Counted from the first letter of the stretch, positions 22,401 to 31,664 are shown. The stretch is 64,000 nucleotides of DNA from Planctomycetota bacterium (GCA_965223265.1 OZ244999.1:7872001-7936000); one strand, 5' to 3'. Translations and numbers: made by a program. The notes: generated by a model not told the origin, from the sequence alone.

Positions 22401-22536
22401 AGCCGATGAGCTCACGCCCGGCGTCCGCAGGACTCTTCTCACTCGCTCGCAGCTCACGCACCTCCTGTTCGAACGCAAGTACGAAGGCGAACAGTCCGAC
22501 AATTGTCGTTGCCAGAAACCGCGTGTGTACGTTCAT
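19435..22536 (-). CDS. Planctomycete cytochrome c + DUF1549 + discoidin-like insert + DUF1553 protein
   Basis: CFSCHG..GGLRLD, HWAFQP, WGRHWLDLARYADSDG, CAQCHSHKYDP, NTPLQAL, LLNLDE. Start assigned to MNVHTRF, which begins a signal peptide. Confidence 0.92.
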   Translation of the reverse strand: MNVHTRFLATTIVGLFAFVLAFEQEVRELRASEKSPADAGRELIGSRCFSCHGAQKQEGGLRLDSRNRALEGGDSGVVIVAGKSAESDVLRRVTSESPEERMPPEGDPLTRREIEALRAWIDSGFEWPRGTENHGVESDHWAFQPVDDPAPPAVEDVAWVRNPIDRFVLHRLEAEGMAPSAAASRETLMRRLWLDLAGLPPAAEEVTAYLEDEEPGAYERVVDRLLASPHFAERWGRHWLDLARYADSDGYEKDRPRPHAWRYRNWVIDAFAADLPFDQFTLEQLAGDLLSRPSLEQRVATGFHRNTLTNTEGGVDQEEFRIKATVDRVNTTGSVWLGLTVGCAQCHSHKYDPLSQREYYGLFAFFNTVKEENISAPLPAEQAAYLAAKDVHDKAHAELVEAFERAEVDGEAIERRRREWERTGEFVDWQIALPKSAKARRESTLSIEADGFIVAGGESPSGETYTVEFDTPASGIRSVRVDVAGVIAAVAEGATGGVGEARAGRGKDGSFALTRFALEAAPLADESKDPQPVELLAAAASSEREGHAPRLAIDADGRSGWQPSAGSDEAHFISFESREPVGFEGGTRLRVRLEQEAGESRTIRRFRLRFSTASPARRTPPPEVASIVTKAAAARSDEEVRRIADYYQRVDSELVRLRRQIELSQRAAPPPPSTQAQTIAEHEPRRDTHVLIRGNFLDRGVTVEPATPEVLQEFAPRGEVPNRIDLVDWLMDPQNPLTARVAANRIWQRLFGAGIVGTPEDFGVRGEKPTHPKLLDWLARRYRREGWSLKRMIKLIVTSATYRQASDLRPELLEVDSKNQLLARQNRVRLEAEAVRDVFLTSSGLLHRALGGPSVRPQLPEGVKELGYANSVRWPTSNGKDRFRRGLYIFFQRTVPYPMLMTFDAPDSNVTCVRRRSSNTPLQALTLLNDPVFFECSQALGLLLTRDAAEASPTARSRQVFLRCVSRLPTAAEQAEVLRLYDDLVSRYRDSPSAAQALVGQDAELQGENLARGAAWVAIARVLLNLDEVITRG

Positions 22537-22578
22537 GGGATCTTGCGCGAAGGTCGTTGCGTCAAATGTTGTCGTCAA

Positions 22579-22627
22579 GGAAGTTCGGACGGATTCGAAC
22601 CTCCGAGGCCTCGCCAAGGCCGCTTCC
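22579..22627 (-). other. Putative structured RNA leader: tRNA-elbow-like three-way junction
   Basis: Minus strand reads GGAAG-C-GGCCU(UGGCG)AGGCC-UCGGAGG(UUCGAAU)CCGUCCGA-A-CUUCC. Confidence 0.3.
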
Positions 22628-23039
22628 CGAAAGACGTCACGGGAGGCACCGTGAAGCAAAGAAATCCGCTTTCAAAAGCCGTAACTTTAGTGGACCATAG
22701 GCGTTGTTTCATGTCCAGTTTCCGACCTCGTCACAGACGCTCGCCGGTGAACCCCGTAGACTCTAACTGCCTTTGCACGCAGACTCTGCGGCGGGCGGCA
22801 CCACCGCTCGAGGCCCGATCAACGGGTGCGATCGAGCCACGTGGACCGTCGATTCGCGGCGCCAAACGCCCGACGCACTGCCGCTCCGAACGGCGCGCTC
22901 AAGCGCAGCCGCGCAAGAGCTAAGTCGATTTCGGCCGAAGAAGACCTCACAGGCTGAACGTCGCGGCGAACGAGCCGGCGCGTTCACCTCGACGTCGGTA
23001 GGCTACGCAAGACGGAGACTCCGAGACAGACGTCGCGCC

Positions 23040-23372
23040 ATGAAGAGTCAATGCACCGATTCCACTACTGCGACCGCGGGTTCGCCCGGCGTACTGGAGC
23101 GACCCGAGAGCGAAACCAACACGCTCACGCAGCGTGATCGCCTGTGGAACGTCGTCGTCTGGAACGACCCGATCAACCTCATGTCCTACGTCACGTATGT
23201 CTTCCAAAAGCTCTTCGGCTACTCTCACGAGAAGGCGTCACAACTCATGCGCGAAGTGCATCATCAAGGCCGATCGATCGTCGCTTCCGTCGAACGTGAG
23301 AAAGCAGAGTACTTTGTTGGACGGCTGCACGAGTACGGTCTGCAGGCGACCCTGGAAAAGCCAGGTGAATGA
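23040..23372 (+). CDS. clpS: ATP-dependent Clp protease adaptor ClpS (actinobacterial type)
   Basis: WNDPINLMSYVTYVFQKLFGYS..A..LM.EVH..G signature. Confidence 0.93.
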   Translation: MKSQCTDSTTATAGSPGVLERPESETNTLTQRDRLWNVVVWNDPINLMSYVTYVFQKLFGYSHEKASQLMREVHHQGRSIVASVEREKAEYFVGRLHEYGLQATLEKPGE

Positions 23373-23899
23373 TGCTGAAGGTGAGACGCGGCAACGGTGG
23401 CGATTTCGAAGTGGAGATTCCTCCAGGTCTCGTCGACCCGCTTCGGACTTTGCCGGCGAAACTGCGCTTTTTGATCGAACGACCAGATTTCAGCAACAAG
23501 GTCGTACAGCGGCTCTTCCCACCGGCGTATCACGACCGCGAGCGTGCTGACGAGTACCGTCGACTGCTCGGTTATGAGCTGGTGCAGCGAAAGTTGGAGC
23601 ACCTCGAGCTCTTCGAGGAGTCCCTCGCGCAGTGCCGACGGCGCTGGAGAGGGGCTAAGCTCGTGGTCCCTGCGAAGCGTTTCGACGCCTGGCTCGGTGC
23701 TTTGAACGATCTGCGACTCCTCATCGGCACTGAACTCGACATCACCGAGGACTCGTGGCAAGCCCCCGTCGACGAAGACGACCCGAAGGCCGAGAGTTTC
23801 ATGCTGTTTCATGTCCTGAGCATCCTCGAGGAGGCTCTCGTGTACGCCACAGGACTTCTGCCAGAGCCACCTTCCGGAGACGACGACAAGCGGCGCTGA
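23369..23899 (+). CDS. DUF2017 family protein
   Basis: RLFPPAY, WLGALNDLRLLIGTEL motifs; ATGA overlap with clpS, the usual neighbour of this family. Confidence 0.8.
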   Translation: MMLKVRRGNGGDFEVEIPPGLVDPLRTLPAKLRFLIERPDFSNKVVQRLFPPAYHDRERADEYRRLLGYELVQRKLEHLELFEESLAQCRRRWRGAKLVVPAKRFDAWLGALNDLRLLIGTELDITEDSWQAPVDEDDPKAESFMLFHVLSILEEALVYATGLLPEPPSGDDDKRR

Positions 23900-23984
23900 C
23901 GGACAGAAGCAGAGGCAGAGGGCGGCGGGAGACGCGGACGCAGAGACAGGGGGCAAAGGCGAGGACGGACGCGCTCGGCCACCG

Positions 23985-24731
23985 TCAACTCTTTGCGATC
24001 TTGCGCTGTGGCGTGCGTTTCGGTTGTTCGTCCGGCCAGTGCGCGACCTTCCAGAGGTAGAGGCAGGCCACGCTGCGATACGGCGACCAGCGCGCCGCGA
24101 CGGTTGCGATTTCGCCCGCCGAAAGCTCTCTGCCTTCAACTCGCTGGACTGCGGTGCGCAGTGCCAGATCGCCGACCGAAAAAACGTCGAGGCGCCCGAG
24201 TGAGAAGATCAGAAACATTTCCGCCGTCCAAACGCCGACGCCCGGAATCTGCGTCAAGCGTCGAATCACCTCGTCGTCATCAAGTCGCGCCAGGCGCAAG
24301 CGTCCAAGGCCGCCCTCAGTGAACGCCGCCGCGAGCTCGCGTAAATAGCGGACTTTCTGCCGCGACAATCCGGTGGTGCGAAGCACCTGATCGCTGAGCC
24401 CGAACAGAGCGTCCGCGCGTGGTCTCCCTGACGGAAAGAGCGCGGCGAAACGCGCATAGATACTCGCCGCCGCTCGCGCGCCGATTTGTTGTGAGACAAT
24501 GGACCGCGACAGCGCGACAAAGTAGGGTCGCTGGCGCCGCAGTGTCACGTGACCGATGCGGTCGATCCAGTCGCCCAGCTTCCGATCACGACGCGCCAAC
24601 TCGAGGGAACCCTGGCGCAGACTCGCACGCGTCAGCCGTAGCTCGTGGCGACCAGTTTGAACGCGCCTTGAAGCCTCGCCCATAGCGCCGGAGTCCGTTG
24701 TCCGCGTCCTGCCTCTCTTGCCAGCGGTCAC
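23985..24731 (-). CDS. DNA-3-methyladenine glycosylase II (HhH-GPD, AlkA family)
   Basis: IVSQQI, LTQIPGVGVWTAEMFLIF, GDLAL, WSPYRSVA. Alternative start 24682. Confidence 0.9.
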   Translation of the reverse strand: MTAGKRGRTRTTDSGAMGEASRRVQTGRHELRLTRASLRQGSLELARRDRKLGDWIDRIGHVTLRRQRPYFVALSRSIVSQQIGARAAASIYARFAALFPSGRPRADALFGLSDQVLRTTGLSRQKVRYLRELAAAFTEGGLGRLRLARLDDDEVIRRLTQIPGVGVWTAEMFLIFSLGRLDVFSVGDLALRTAVQRVEGRELSAGEIATVAARWSPYRSVACLYLWKVAHWPDEQPKRTPQRKIAKS

Positions 24732-27700
24732 GGCGTGTCAGGGATGGTGTTGAGCGTGTAGTAAGCCAACTGCGGAAACATTCCCTCGGATCGTAGCGGC
24801 TGCAGCCGCAGCTCGTAGACATACCCCGGTCGCAGGCTCGACACCGTGAGGCGAACTCGAGTGCGATCCTCGCTCAGCTCGACACGCTCGAGCGCGACGC
24901 GATGTCGGTCCTGATCGGGACTGTTGTAGCCGCCCTTCCAGACGCGGGTGAACGCCGCCAGGGCGTAGTTCTCCGGTGCTGAGGCCAGTGTCGGATCAGC
25001 CGCGGATGTCAGGTCGACCTCGAAACCGGTGGCGAACGCCCGCACTTCGCGAATTCCAAACGGAAGAGAATTAAGATCGAAGCGCAGACGCACTACGGAG
25101 CCGATGTTACTTCCACCACCCCAACCAGAGTCACGTATCGACCCGACGTAGATGGTTCCGTCCGAGCGCGCCGCAGCGCACAGCGGACCAAGGAATCCGT
25201 CGGCACCATCACGCGCCTCGCTGAACGGATAGCAGGCACCTTGGTACGTCGTGCCGACGCGCTGCAGCGTGAATCGCACAAGTCGCCGATTGTCATACTC
25301 ACAAGCAATCCCGTGCGAGGTGAACGGTCCCAGAGCACCTTCCGCCTCGAGAAAGTGAATGCCATTGACGCTCCGCATCCACGGATGCGGAATCTTGATT
25401 GCCGGCGGCTCACCAACCTCGCCGCGATCAGACTCTGGATCGTGAAGACTCGGCACGCCGTAGATCTTGCCAGCACGCAGGTGGTTGATCTCGTTGAATG
25501 TGTTCCCAACGCCTTGGTTGTCGGTAAAGAAGATCTCGCCGGCGCGATTTTGGGCCACCCCAGTCGGGTAGCGAAGCCCTCGCGCCACCTCCGAGACTTC
25601 GCCCTTGGGGTCAACGCGGATCGCTTTGCCGCGCCAGCGTGAAGTGGAACGTGAGCGGCCTGCTTGGTTGTAATCGCTTCCCAGCGCCAAATAGTAGCCG
25701 TCGTCACGCCGCGCAAGACCGAACACCCAGTCGTGGTAATCATGCGTCAGGCCCCAACCAGCGCCAACAATGACAGCGCGATCAAAAAAAGCGTCGCGAT
25801 CCGAATCAATGAGGCGCACCAGATCTGGTTTCTCGCTGACAAGGAGATCGTCGCCGTCGAAGAGAAGACCGAACGGCGCAGCGAATACATCACTGATCGG
25901 TTCGGCGCGATCTTCCGCGCCGTCTCCGTCACCATCGACCAGGCGCACAATCTCGCCACGCAGCGAGCTGACGTACGCAACACCGTGGGCGTCGAACGCG
26001 ATGCGTGTCGGCATGACAGTTTGGGGAAGTCGAAGGCGTTCAGCGCGGAAACCAGGGACGATCCCGGCGTCGACCTCGACGAACTCGGTTGCCGCCAACG
26101 ACGCAGCGGTGGCAGACGACGCATCTGGCTCGATACCAGCATTTGTCGCCGCAGCGGAAACGGGTTCCACCGCCGCACGAGAGCGTAGCGCATACTCAAC
26201 GACGAACTCCGTGTCCGACGCGGAGAAGGCAAACACCCGAGCGAACTCGGTGTCGCGAGCCGCCGTGTCGTCTCCCGGCCGTTCGTCCTTAGCAAACAGC
26301 TGCGGCACGTCGGCGACTTGCAGTTCGCGCCGCACGACGTCGCCGGCCTTGCTCCGCACCGCGATTTGAGCCGCCCCGCTCGCCGACGCGACGCCAAGGG
26401 ACGCGGATTGACCCCGATGATCCTTGACGAGATCTGGCGGCAAAGCGATCAGCACTGCTGGTCGAACAACTTGTGAAGATGGGCTGTTCGCCAGTTGCGG
26501 GCTCATCGCGAGCTTCAATCGACGGCGGATCCCACGTCGCGAGCCATCGTCAAAGGCTTCAACGGTCTCTCGCACTCGCAATTGAAACGGCGCAACGTCG
26601 TCTCTGGGCGGCGCGAAGCGGAGCGTGTAGTCGAGCTCAACCACGCCGCCGCGACGATGTCGCCATTCATGCAGCTGGCCCACGCTTTGCCCCACACTGC
26701 CGTCCTTCGCCTCGGGCATCGGCAACGCGACGGCACCGCCCGAGAGCTCGACCGCTAGCGGCGGCGACGATGGAAGCCGCGGCAGCACGGGAACTCCGAC
26801 GGGCTCCCAAAACCATGTCTTGCCACGCGTGTACTCACCGGCAAAACCGCCGACCCACCAAGCGCGCGGCGCGAGCTGATCGAGGTCGTAGAGGACATGC
26901 TGCCCCGAGGGTGTCCCGACAGCGAAAGCGCGGGCAGTCCAGCCGTCGCCGAAGGGCGGACGGTGTCGAAAGACGTCACGGACGATGACCGCTCGGCCAT
27001 CCGGGAGTGGCTGCAGGCGCCGCACGGGAGCGCTTTCGGGCGGGGCAGAAAAACGCGGCGAGTTGAGAACGTGCCAGAGCGCCTCCATTTGGTGGTGTCG
27101 ATTGCCACCGAGAAGGGAAGACATGCCGTCCGGAATCGCCGGCATCTCGATGCCGGGTGCGACGCGCGTAGGATTCTTCATCCAACGGTGAAACCAGTCG
27201 CGACGATGCGTCTCGGCGATGGATTTCAGATTCGGACCGCGCGCGTTCGGCGCAACGCCACGCGGCACAAAGGCACCGAGGTCGTGGCAGGACGCGCAGC
27301 CAAATCCAGCGGCGCCGAGTAGGCGATGCCCGGCCACAAAGAGCTCGCCCGCCGGCGGCAGCGCGCGCTGAGGAGCGCTGGCCGGAACACGATCTTGTGC
27401 GGTAAAGTACTCTTCGATCAGACGCGCTTGACTCTTCGGCAAGTGATGAAAGTGCGGCATGCTCACGCGCAGCCAGCCTCGCCGCTCCGGCGCATCTTCC
27501 GCGACGCGCGCCGCAATCACGCCGTCGCGGAATTTGTCTCCGACTGCATTCAGCGACGGCGCCCGCAGCGCCCCCTCGAGACCGCGAAGGCTCGGCTCGC
27601 GCGCGACGACTTGTGGAATCACGGTGACGATCCCCTCGCCGGCGCCGCGCCGATGACAATTGAGGCAGCCCTCGTCCTCGAGGAGCTGTCGGCCGAGCGC

Positions 27701-29434
27701 GGGTGAACTCGCGGCCGTATCGGGATGCACATTGCTGAGGAACACCTTCAGCGCGTCCCGGTCCGCGTCGTCGAGAACAAAGTGAGGTCGGAACGAACCG
27801 AGCGGCGGCGCGACAAGGCAGCTTCGGCGCCAGTCAAGCCGGCGCGCTGCACTCAGAGGCGGTGCCTTGCTCTTCACACCCGCCGTGCTCCCCACACCAC
27901 TCGATGCGCGCGGCCGATCGCCAGGCAGTTCGTGGCAGGCACCGCAGCTCCACGCGTCGACGAGCTGTCGACCCATAGCAACCGCCTGCTCCTCAGCGGC
28001 GCTAGCGCGATCGCTGTGGTGCTTAACGACTGCCCGGGTAAGAAACGCTGCGACATGCTCGCGCTCGAATTCATGCCAATGAAACTCCGGCCGATGGACT
28101 CGCTCTGGGTGCTCGTCGTCGTCACCGAGATAGCGGATGATCGCCGCAGCGTCACGATGCTCCCCGGCGCGATCAAGAGCACCGCCCAACGGGCTGGAGG
28201 AAACGCCGAGGCCGTCCACCGAGTGACACGCCAGGCAACCAAGCTCGTAGACAAGTCGACGCCCTTCAGCAGGGTCCGGCGTCGGCGGCTTGCCCCGCTT
28301 CTTGTTGTTCTTCTTGCCGGCGCCGGCGTCATGGTCATGATCGTGGTCGTGATGGTCAGACACCGACCTGGGCGTCGCCGACGCCTTCAGGTACGCGGCC
28401 ATCGACTTGACCGCATTCCGCGACAGATGAAACTCCGGCATTCGACTGCCGGCATGGGCTGTGCGCGCCGATGCGAGACGAGCCAAGAGATAGTCGTCTC
28501 GTAGCTCCGCGCCGACGTGCACGAGAGACGGCGCGCGGCGCGGTGGTAATAGACCAGGAATCTCGTGGCAGGCAGTACAAGCGAGACGGCGCGCCAGCGC
28601 TGCGCCGCGCTCGAAACTTTCGCCAATCTCGTGTCGCACTCGCGACGCTGTACTCGCGGCGTGGAAAAGCGTGCCAACGCCAAGAGGTTCTGGTGCCAGA
28701 GCCGCTGACTGCCAATAGACGCCAAGCTCGCGTCGCTCGCTGGCGCTCGTATAGTCGACTTCGATCTCCGTTTCACCGTACTCGAGCGCCACAGGTTTGG
28801 ATTCAAGCCAAGTGGCATCAGCGTGCGAAGCGTCGAAGATGATGCGGTCCGCAATCCGTAGCCGCACGCGGCCCGCGACTCGTAGTCGAAACGTGTACTC
28901 GCCGTCGTCGGGCACGAGTACGTAGCCTCTCCAAGTCATGCGAAACGGCCCACGGTCGAGTCGCAAGTCTGGCGCCCCGTCATCCCAGCGAAAGACGAGC
29001 GTCGTATCGACCCGGTAAGCGAACGGTGTCGCCGCGGCAGGGTCGGCGTAGATCGACGCTGCAAGCCCTGGCTCGAGGTCAACGTCGGCGGCGAGCTCTT
29101 CGGATGCGACCACCGGCGCACGCGCGAGATCGCCTGTGAACACAATCACAGACGCGGCCGTGAAGACGAGCGCCGGAGCGAGGCGCGCGGTGTGGCGTGT
29201 CAGCGACACCCGGCGCACGCGAGAAGAATTGAGCACGACACCTCCCAGCAAAGCGATCAAGGCAAGTTCCAAACTGAATCGAAAAGTAAGAATCTGAACG
29301 CTCCGTCGACCCGAAGGATCGCGAGCACCGCTGGCGACCGCTCTGCCTCGATTTTCACAGGCGCGCATCACGTGCCACGGGAAGACGAAGACGAAGCCAT
29401 CAGGCAGCGGGCCTGCGACGATCCCCGTCGTCAC
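24728..29434 (-). CDS. Large PA14 + multiheme cytochrome c + sorbosone-dehydrogenase-like beta-propeller protein
   Basis: PA14-like WRGYV..G.YTF; five CxxCH (CTACH, CLACH, CGACH, CLNCH, CASCH); GLRYPTG, FTDNQG propeller. True start probably about 29230-29300. Confidence 0.85.
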   Translation of the reverse strand: MTTGIVAGPLPDGFVFVFPWHVMRACENRGRAVASGARDPSGRRSVQILTFRFSLELALIALLGGVVLNSSRVRRVSLTRHTARLAPALVFTAASVIVFTGDLARAPVVASEELAADVDLEPGLAASIYADPAAATPFAYRVDTTLVFRWDDGAPDLRLDRGPFRMTWRGYVLVPDDGEYTFRLRVAGRVRLRIADRIIFDASHADATWLESKPVALEYGETEIEVDYTSASERRELGVYWQSAALAPEPLGVGTLFHAASTASRVRHEIGESFERGAALARRLACTACHEIPGLLPPRRAPSLVHVGAELRDDYLLARLASARTAHAGSRMPEFHLSRNAVKSMAAYLKASATPRSVSDHHDHDHDHDAGAGKKNNKKRGKPPTPDPAEGRRLVYELGCLACHSVDGLGVSSSPLGGALDRAGEHRDAAAIIRYLGDDDEHPERVHRPEFHWHEFEREHVAAFLTRAVVKHHSDRASAAEEQAVAMGRQLVDAWSCGACHELPGDRPRASSGVGSTAGVKSKAPPLSAARRLDWRRSCLVAPPLGSFRPHFVLDDADRDALKVFLSNVHPDTAASSPALGRQLLEDEGCLNCHRRGAGEGIVTVIPQVVAREPSLRGLEGALRAPSLNAVGDKFRDGVIAARVAEDAPERRGWLRVSMPHFHHLPKSQARLIEEYFTAQDRVPASAPQRALPPAGELFVAGHRLLGAAGFGCASCHDLGAFVPRGVAPNARGPNLKSIAETHRRDWFHRWMKNPTRVAPGIEMPAIPDGMSSLLGGNRHHQMEALWHVLNSPRFSAPPESAPVRRLQPLPDGRAVIVRDVFRHRPPFGDGWTARAFAVGTPSGQHVLYDLDQLAPRAWWVGGFAGEYTRGKTWFWEPVGVPVLPRLPSSPPLAVELSGGAVALPMPEAKDGSVGQSVGQLHEWRHRRGGVVELDYTLRFAPPRDDVAPFQLRVRETVEAFDDGSRRGIRRRLKLAMSPQLANSPSSQVVRPAVLIALPPDLVKDHRGQSASLGVASASGAAQIAVRSKAGDVVRRELQVADVPQLFAKDERPGDDTAARDTEFARVFAFSASDTEFVVEYALRSRAAVEPVSAAATNAGIEPDASSATAASLAATEFVEVDAGIVPGFRAERLRLPQTVMPTRIAFDAHGVAYVSSLRGEIVRLVDGDGDGAEDRAEPISDVFAAPFGLLFDGDDLLVSEKPDLVRLIDSDRDAFFDRAVIVGAGWGLTHDYHDWVFGLARRDDGYYLALGSDYNQAGRSRSTSRWRGKAIRVDPKGEVSEVARGLRYPTGVAQNRAGEIFFTDNQGVGNTFNEINHLRAGKIYGVPSLHDPESDRGEVGEPPAIKIPHPWMRSVNGIHFLEAEGALGPFTSHGIACEYDNRRLVRFTLQRVGTTYQGACYPFSEARDGADGFLGPLCAAARSDGTIYVGSIRDSGWGGGSNIGSVVRLRFDLNSLPFGIREVRAFATGFEVDLTSAADPTLASAPENYALAAFTRVWKGGYNSPDQDRHRVALERVELSEDRTRVRLTVSSLRPGYVYELRLQPLRSEGMFPQLAYYTLNTIPDTP

Positions 29435-29605
29435 CGGGAGTACAGAGTACAGCCGCTCCTTGACGATTGCCAGCCGAGGCGTCGTTCGTTCACGCCCCCG
29501 CGCTCACGATGTCGAACAAGCTCCATTTCCTCATCCTTTTTGTTGGCCGCTGTACTAAGATGTCTCGATCAGGGCGACGAATTCAACTCGACGACGTGGA
29601 GTCCC

Positions 29606-30517
29606 ATGCGCCTGTTCACTCTCATTCTTCTCCTCGAACTCTTGAGCACTCTCGCGCCCAAACTGGCAGTGAAGTTCGGGTTTCCCGAACATCGCCGGCA
29701 CGCATACCTCTCAGCGGCGCCGAAGTTGCTCGCAGAAAGCCTCAGCCTCGGCGAGCACGTCTACGGACCCCGGGCGACGCTCCGTGGCCTCGAGGGGCGC
29801 GTCGTTCTCTTCGAAGTCTGGGGACTTGGATGCATAGAGTGTCGACGCACGATGCCCGATCTCATCGAACTGCAGGAGAAATACCGCCACCGCGGGCTCG
29901 TGATCATCGCCTCGCACAATCAACGCCTCGCCTCGGAACGCGTGATCGAATACGCGAAGAAAGAAGGTATCAACTTCACCGTCACGTCATTCGGTAGGAT
30001 TCACCTGTTCAACCGACTCGAAGGCATGCCAGCCGCCTATTTGTTCGACCCAAACGGACGCATGGTGCGAGCGGGGCGTCCGCGAGAGATCAAGGAGCGC
30101 GTCATCCGATTGCTCGATCGTGAACCTCACTGGCTGACACGCGGACGAACACTCGGGCCGCTCAAAGAATTCGACGCCAAGCTCAAGGCGCGCCCGGCGT
30201 ACGGTGAAATCCTGCGGCAGCTTGAGACACGCCGCGGCGAAGGCGGCGAGGTCGAAGACGAAGCGACGTTTTTGATCCAACGGCTACGTGGCTACGGCCG
30301 CAAGCGTCTGCGAGACGCGAAGAGACTCGAGGTCGGTCAACCGCAGCGAGCGCGGTCGGAGTATCGCGAAATCGCGGCGTGGTGGGCGGGTGACCGCATC
30401 GCCGACAAGGCGAAAACGCGCCTCAAGGATCTCGAAGCCGAAGCCAAGAGCGCGGGCACGAGGAACGAAGAGAGCGACACCGACGGCGACGGCCGGAGCG
30501 GAGCAGAAAGGGAGTAG
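29606..30517 (+). CDS. TlpA/ResA-like thiol-disulfide oxidoreductase with helical C-terminal extension
   Basis: LEGRVVLFEVWGLGCIECRRTMP, GMPAAYLFDPNG; hydrophobic N-terminus. Confidence 0.85.
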   Translation: MRLFTLILLLELLSTLAPKLAVKFGFPEHRRHAYLSAAPKLLAESLSLGEHVYGPRATLRGLEGRVVLFEVWGLGCIECRRTMPDLIELQEKYRHRGLVIIASHNQRLASERVIEYAKKEGINFTVTSFGRIHLFNRLEGMPAAYLFDPNGRMVRAGRPREIKERVIRLLDREPHWLTRGRTLGPLKEFDAKLKARPAYGEILRQLETRRGEGGEVEDEATFLIQRLRGYGRKRLRDAKRLEVGQPQRARSEYREIAAWWAGDRIADKAKTRLKDLEAEAKSAGTRNEESDTDGDGRSGAERE

Positions 30518-30521
30518 AGCT

Positions 30522-31664
30522 GTGGTTCCCAGGCGATTTAACCAGCTTGGCGGTGTCGGAATCGCTCTCCTCGCAATGTCGTTTGCAGGCGAATGCGGCC
30601 CCGCCTCGCTCGCCGGTGGCGACGACGGTTGGCGCGGCGCACACATCGACAGCGTCGCTGGCAGCGGCAAAGACGCTCTCGATCTCTTCGCAGGCACGGC
30701 TGAGGAGGTGAACATCGCGCAGCCGTTCGGCGTCGAAGTCGGCCCGGGCGGCGCGCTGTACATTTGCGAAGTGGGCAACCACCGCGTGCTGCGTCTCGAG
30801 AGCGGCCGCGTCACTACCGTTGCGGGTAGCGGCGAGCAAGGGTACGCCGGCGACGGTGGGCCGGCAACCAAAGCGAAACTCAACGAACCTTATGAGCTTC
30901 GATTCGACAAGGGGGGACACATGTTCGTCGTGGAGATGCGCGGCGCGGTCGTCCGCCGTGTCGACGGCGCGACGGGCACGATTTCTACGATTGCAGGCAC
31001 GGGGAAACAAGGCTACTCCGGCGACGGCGGGCCGGCGACAAAAGCCGAGCTTCGCAGCCCGCACAGTATTGCCCTCGATCGACATGACAACCTCTACATC
31101 GCCGACATCGGCAACCACCGCATCCGCCGCGTCGACTTGGAGAGCGGCCTGATCGAATCGATCGCCGGCAACGGCGAACGCAAGCAGCCAGTCGACGGCG
31201 CAGTCGCTACTGGTCGCCCGATGATCGGGCCACGCGCGCTGCACATCACAGGCGAAACGCTATGGATCGCGCTACGCGAGGGTCACAGCGTGTGGAAGAT
31301 GGATCTCAAGACGCGGAGGTTATCTCACATCGCCGGGTCCGGCACGAAGGGGTATCGCGATGGCATCGGATCGGAGGTCATGTTCAACGGCCCCAAAGGA
31401 ATCGTCGCGGACGCGGAGGCAATACTTTACGTCGTCGACACCGAGAATCAGACGATCCGCCGTGTCGACAGCGCTACCGGCACGACGACGACGGTTGCGG
31501 GCGGCGGACCCGACGCACGTGGTGACGGCGGCGACGGGGGGCCTGCGCTGCAGGCAAAAATGGATCGCCCACATGGTATCGCCGTCGACGCCGACGGAGT
31601 TCTCTACGTCGGCGACACCAACAACCATCGCGTCCGCAGGATTCGGCGCTCGACCTCACGCTGA
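30522..31664 (+). CDS. Secreted NHL-repeat beta-propeller protein
   Basis: Repeated GYxGDGGPATKAxLxxP, LYIADxxNHRIRRV; GTG start after agggag. Confidence 0.9.
   Translation: MVPRRFNQLGGVGIALLAMSFAGECGPASLAGGDDGWRGAHIDSVAGSGKDALDLFAGTAEEVNIAQPFGVEVGPGGALYICEVGNHRVLRLESGRVTTVAGSGEQGYAGDGGPATKAKLNEPYELRFDKGGHMFVVEMRGAVVRRVDGATGTISTIAGTGKQGYSGDGGPATKAELRSPHSIALDRHDNLYIADIGNHRIRRVDLESGLIESIAGNGERKQPVDGAVATGRPMIGPRALHITGETLWIALREGHSVWKMDLKTRRLSHIAGSGTKGYRDGIGSEVMFNGPKGIVADAEAILYVVDTENQTIRRVDSATGTTTTVAGGGPDARGDGGDGGPALQAKMDRPHGIAVDADGVLYVGDTNNHRVRRIRRSTSR

Noticed and set aside
22579-22627. tRNA gene suggested by GGTTCGAATCC
   Set aside because: No anticodon arm, no 7-bp acceptor stem and no CCA; kept only as a tRNA-like structure.
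29606-30517. Selenocysteine readthrough in the thioredoxin-like gene
   Set aside because: Active site is an ordinary CIEC with no in-frame TGA.
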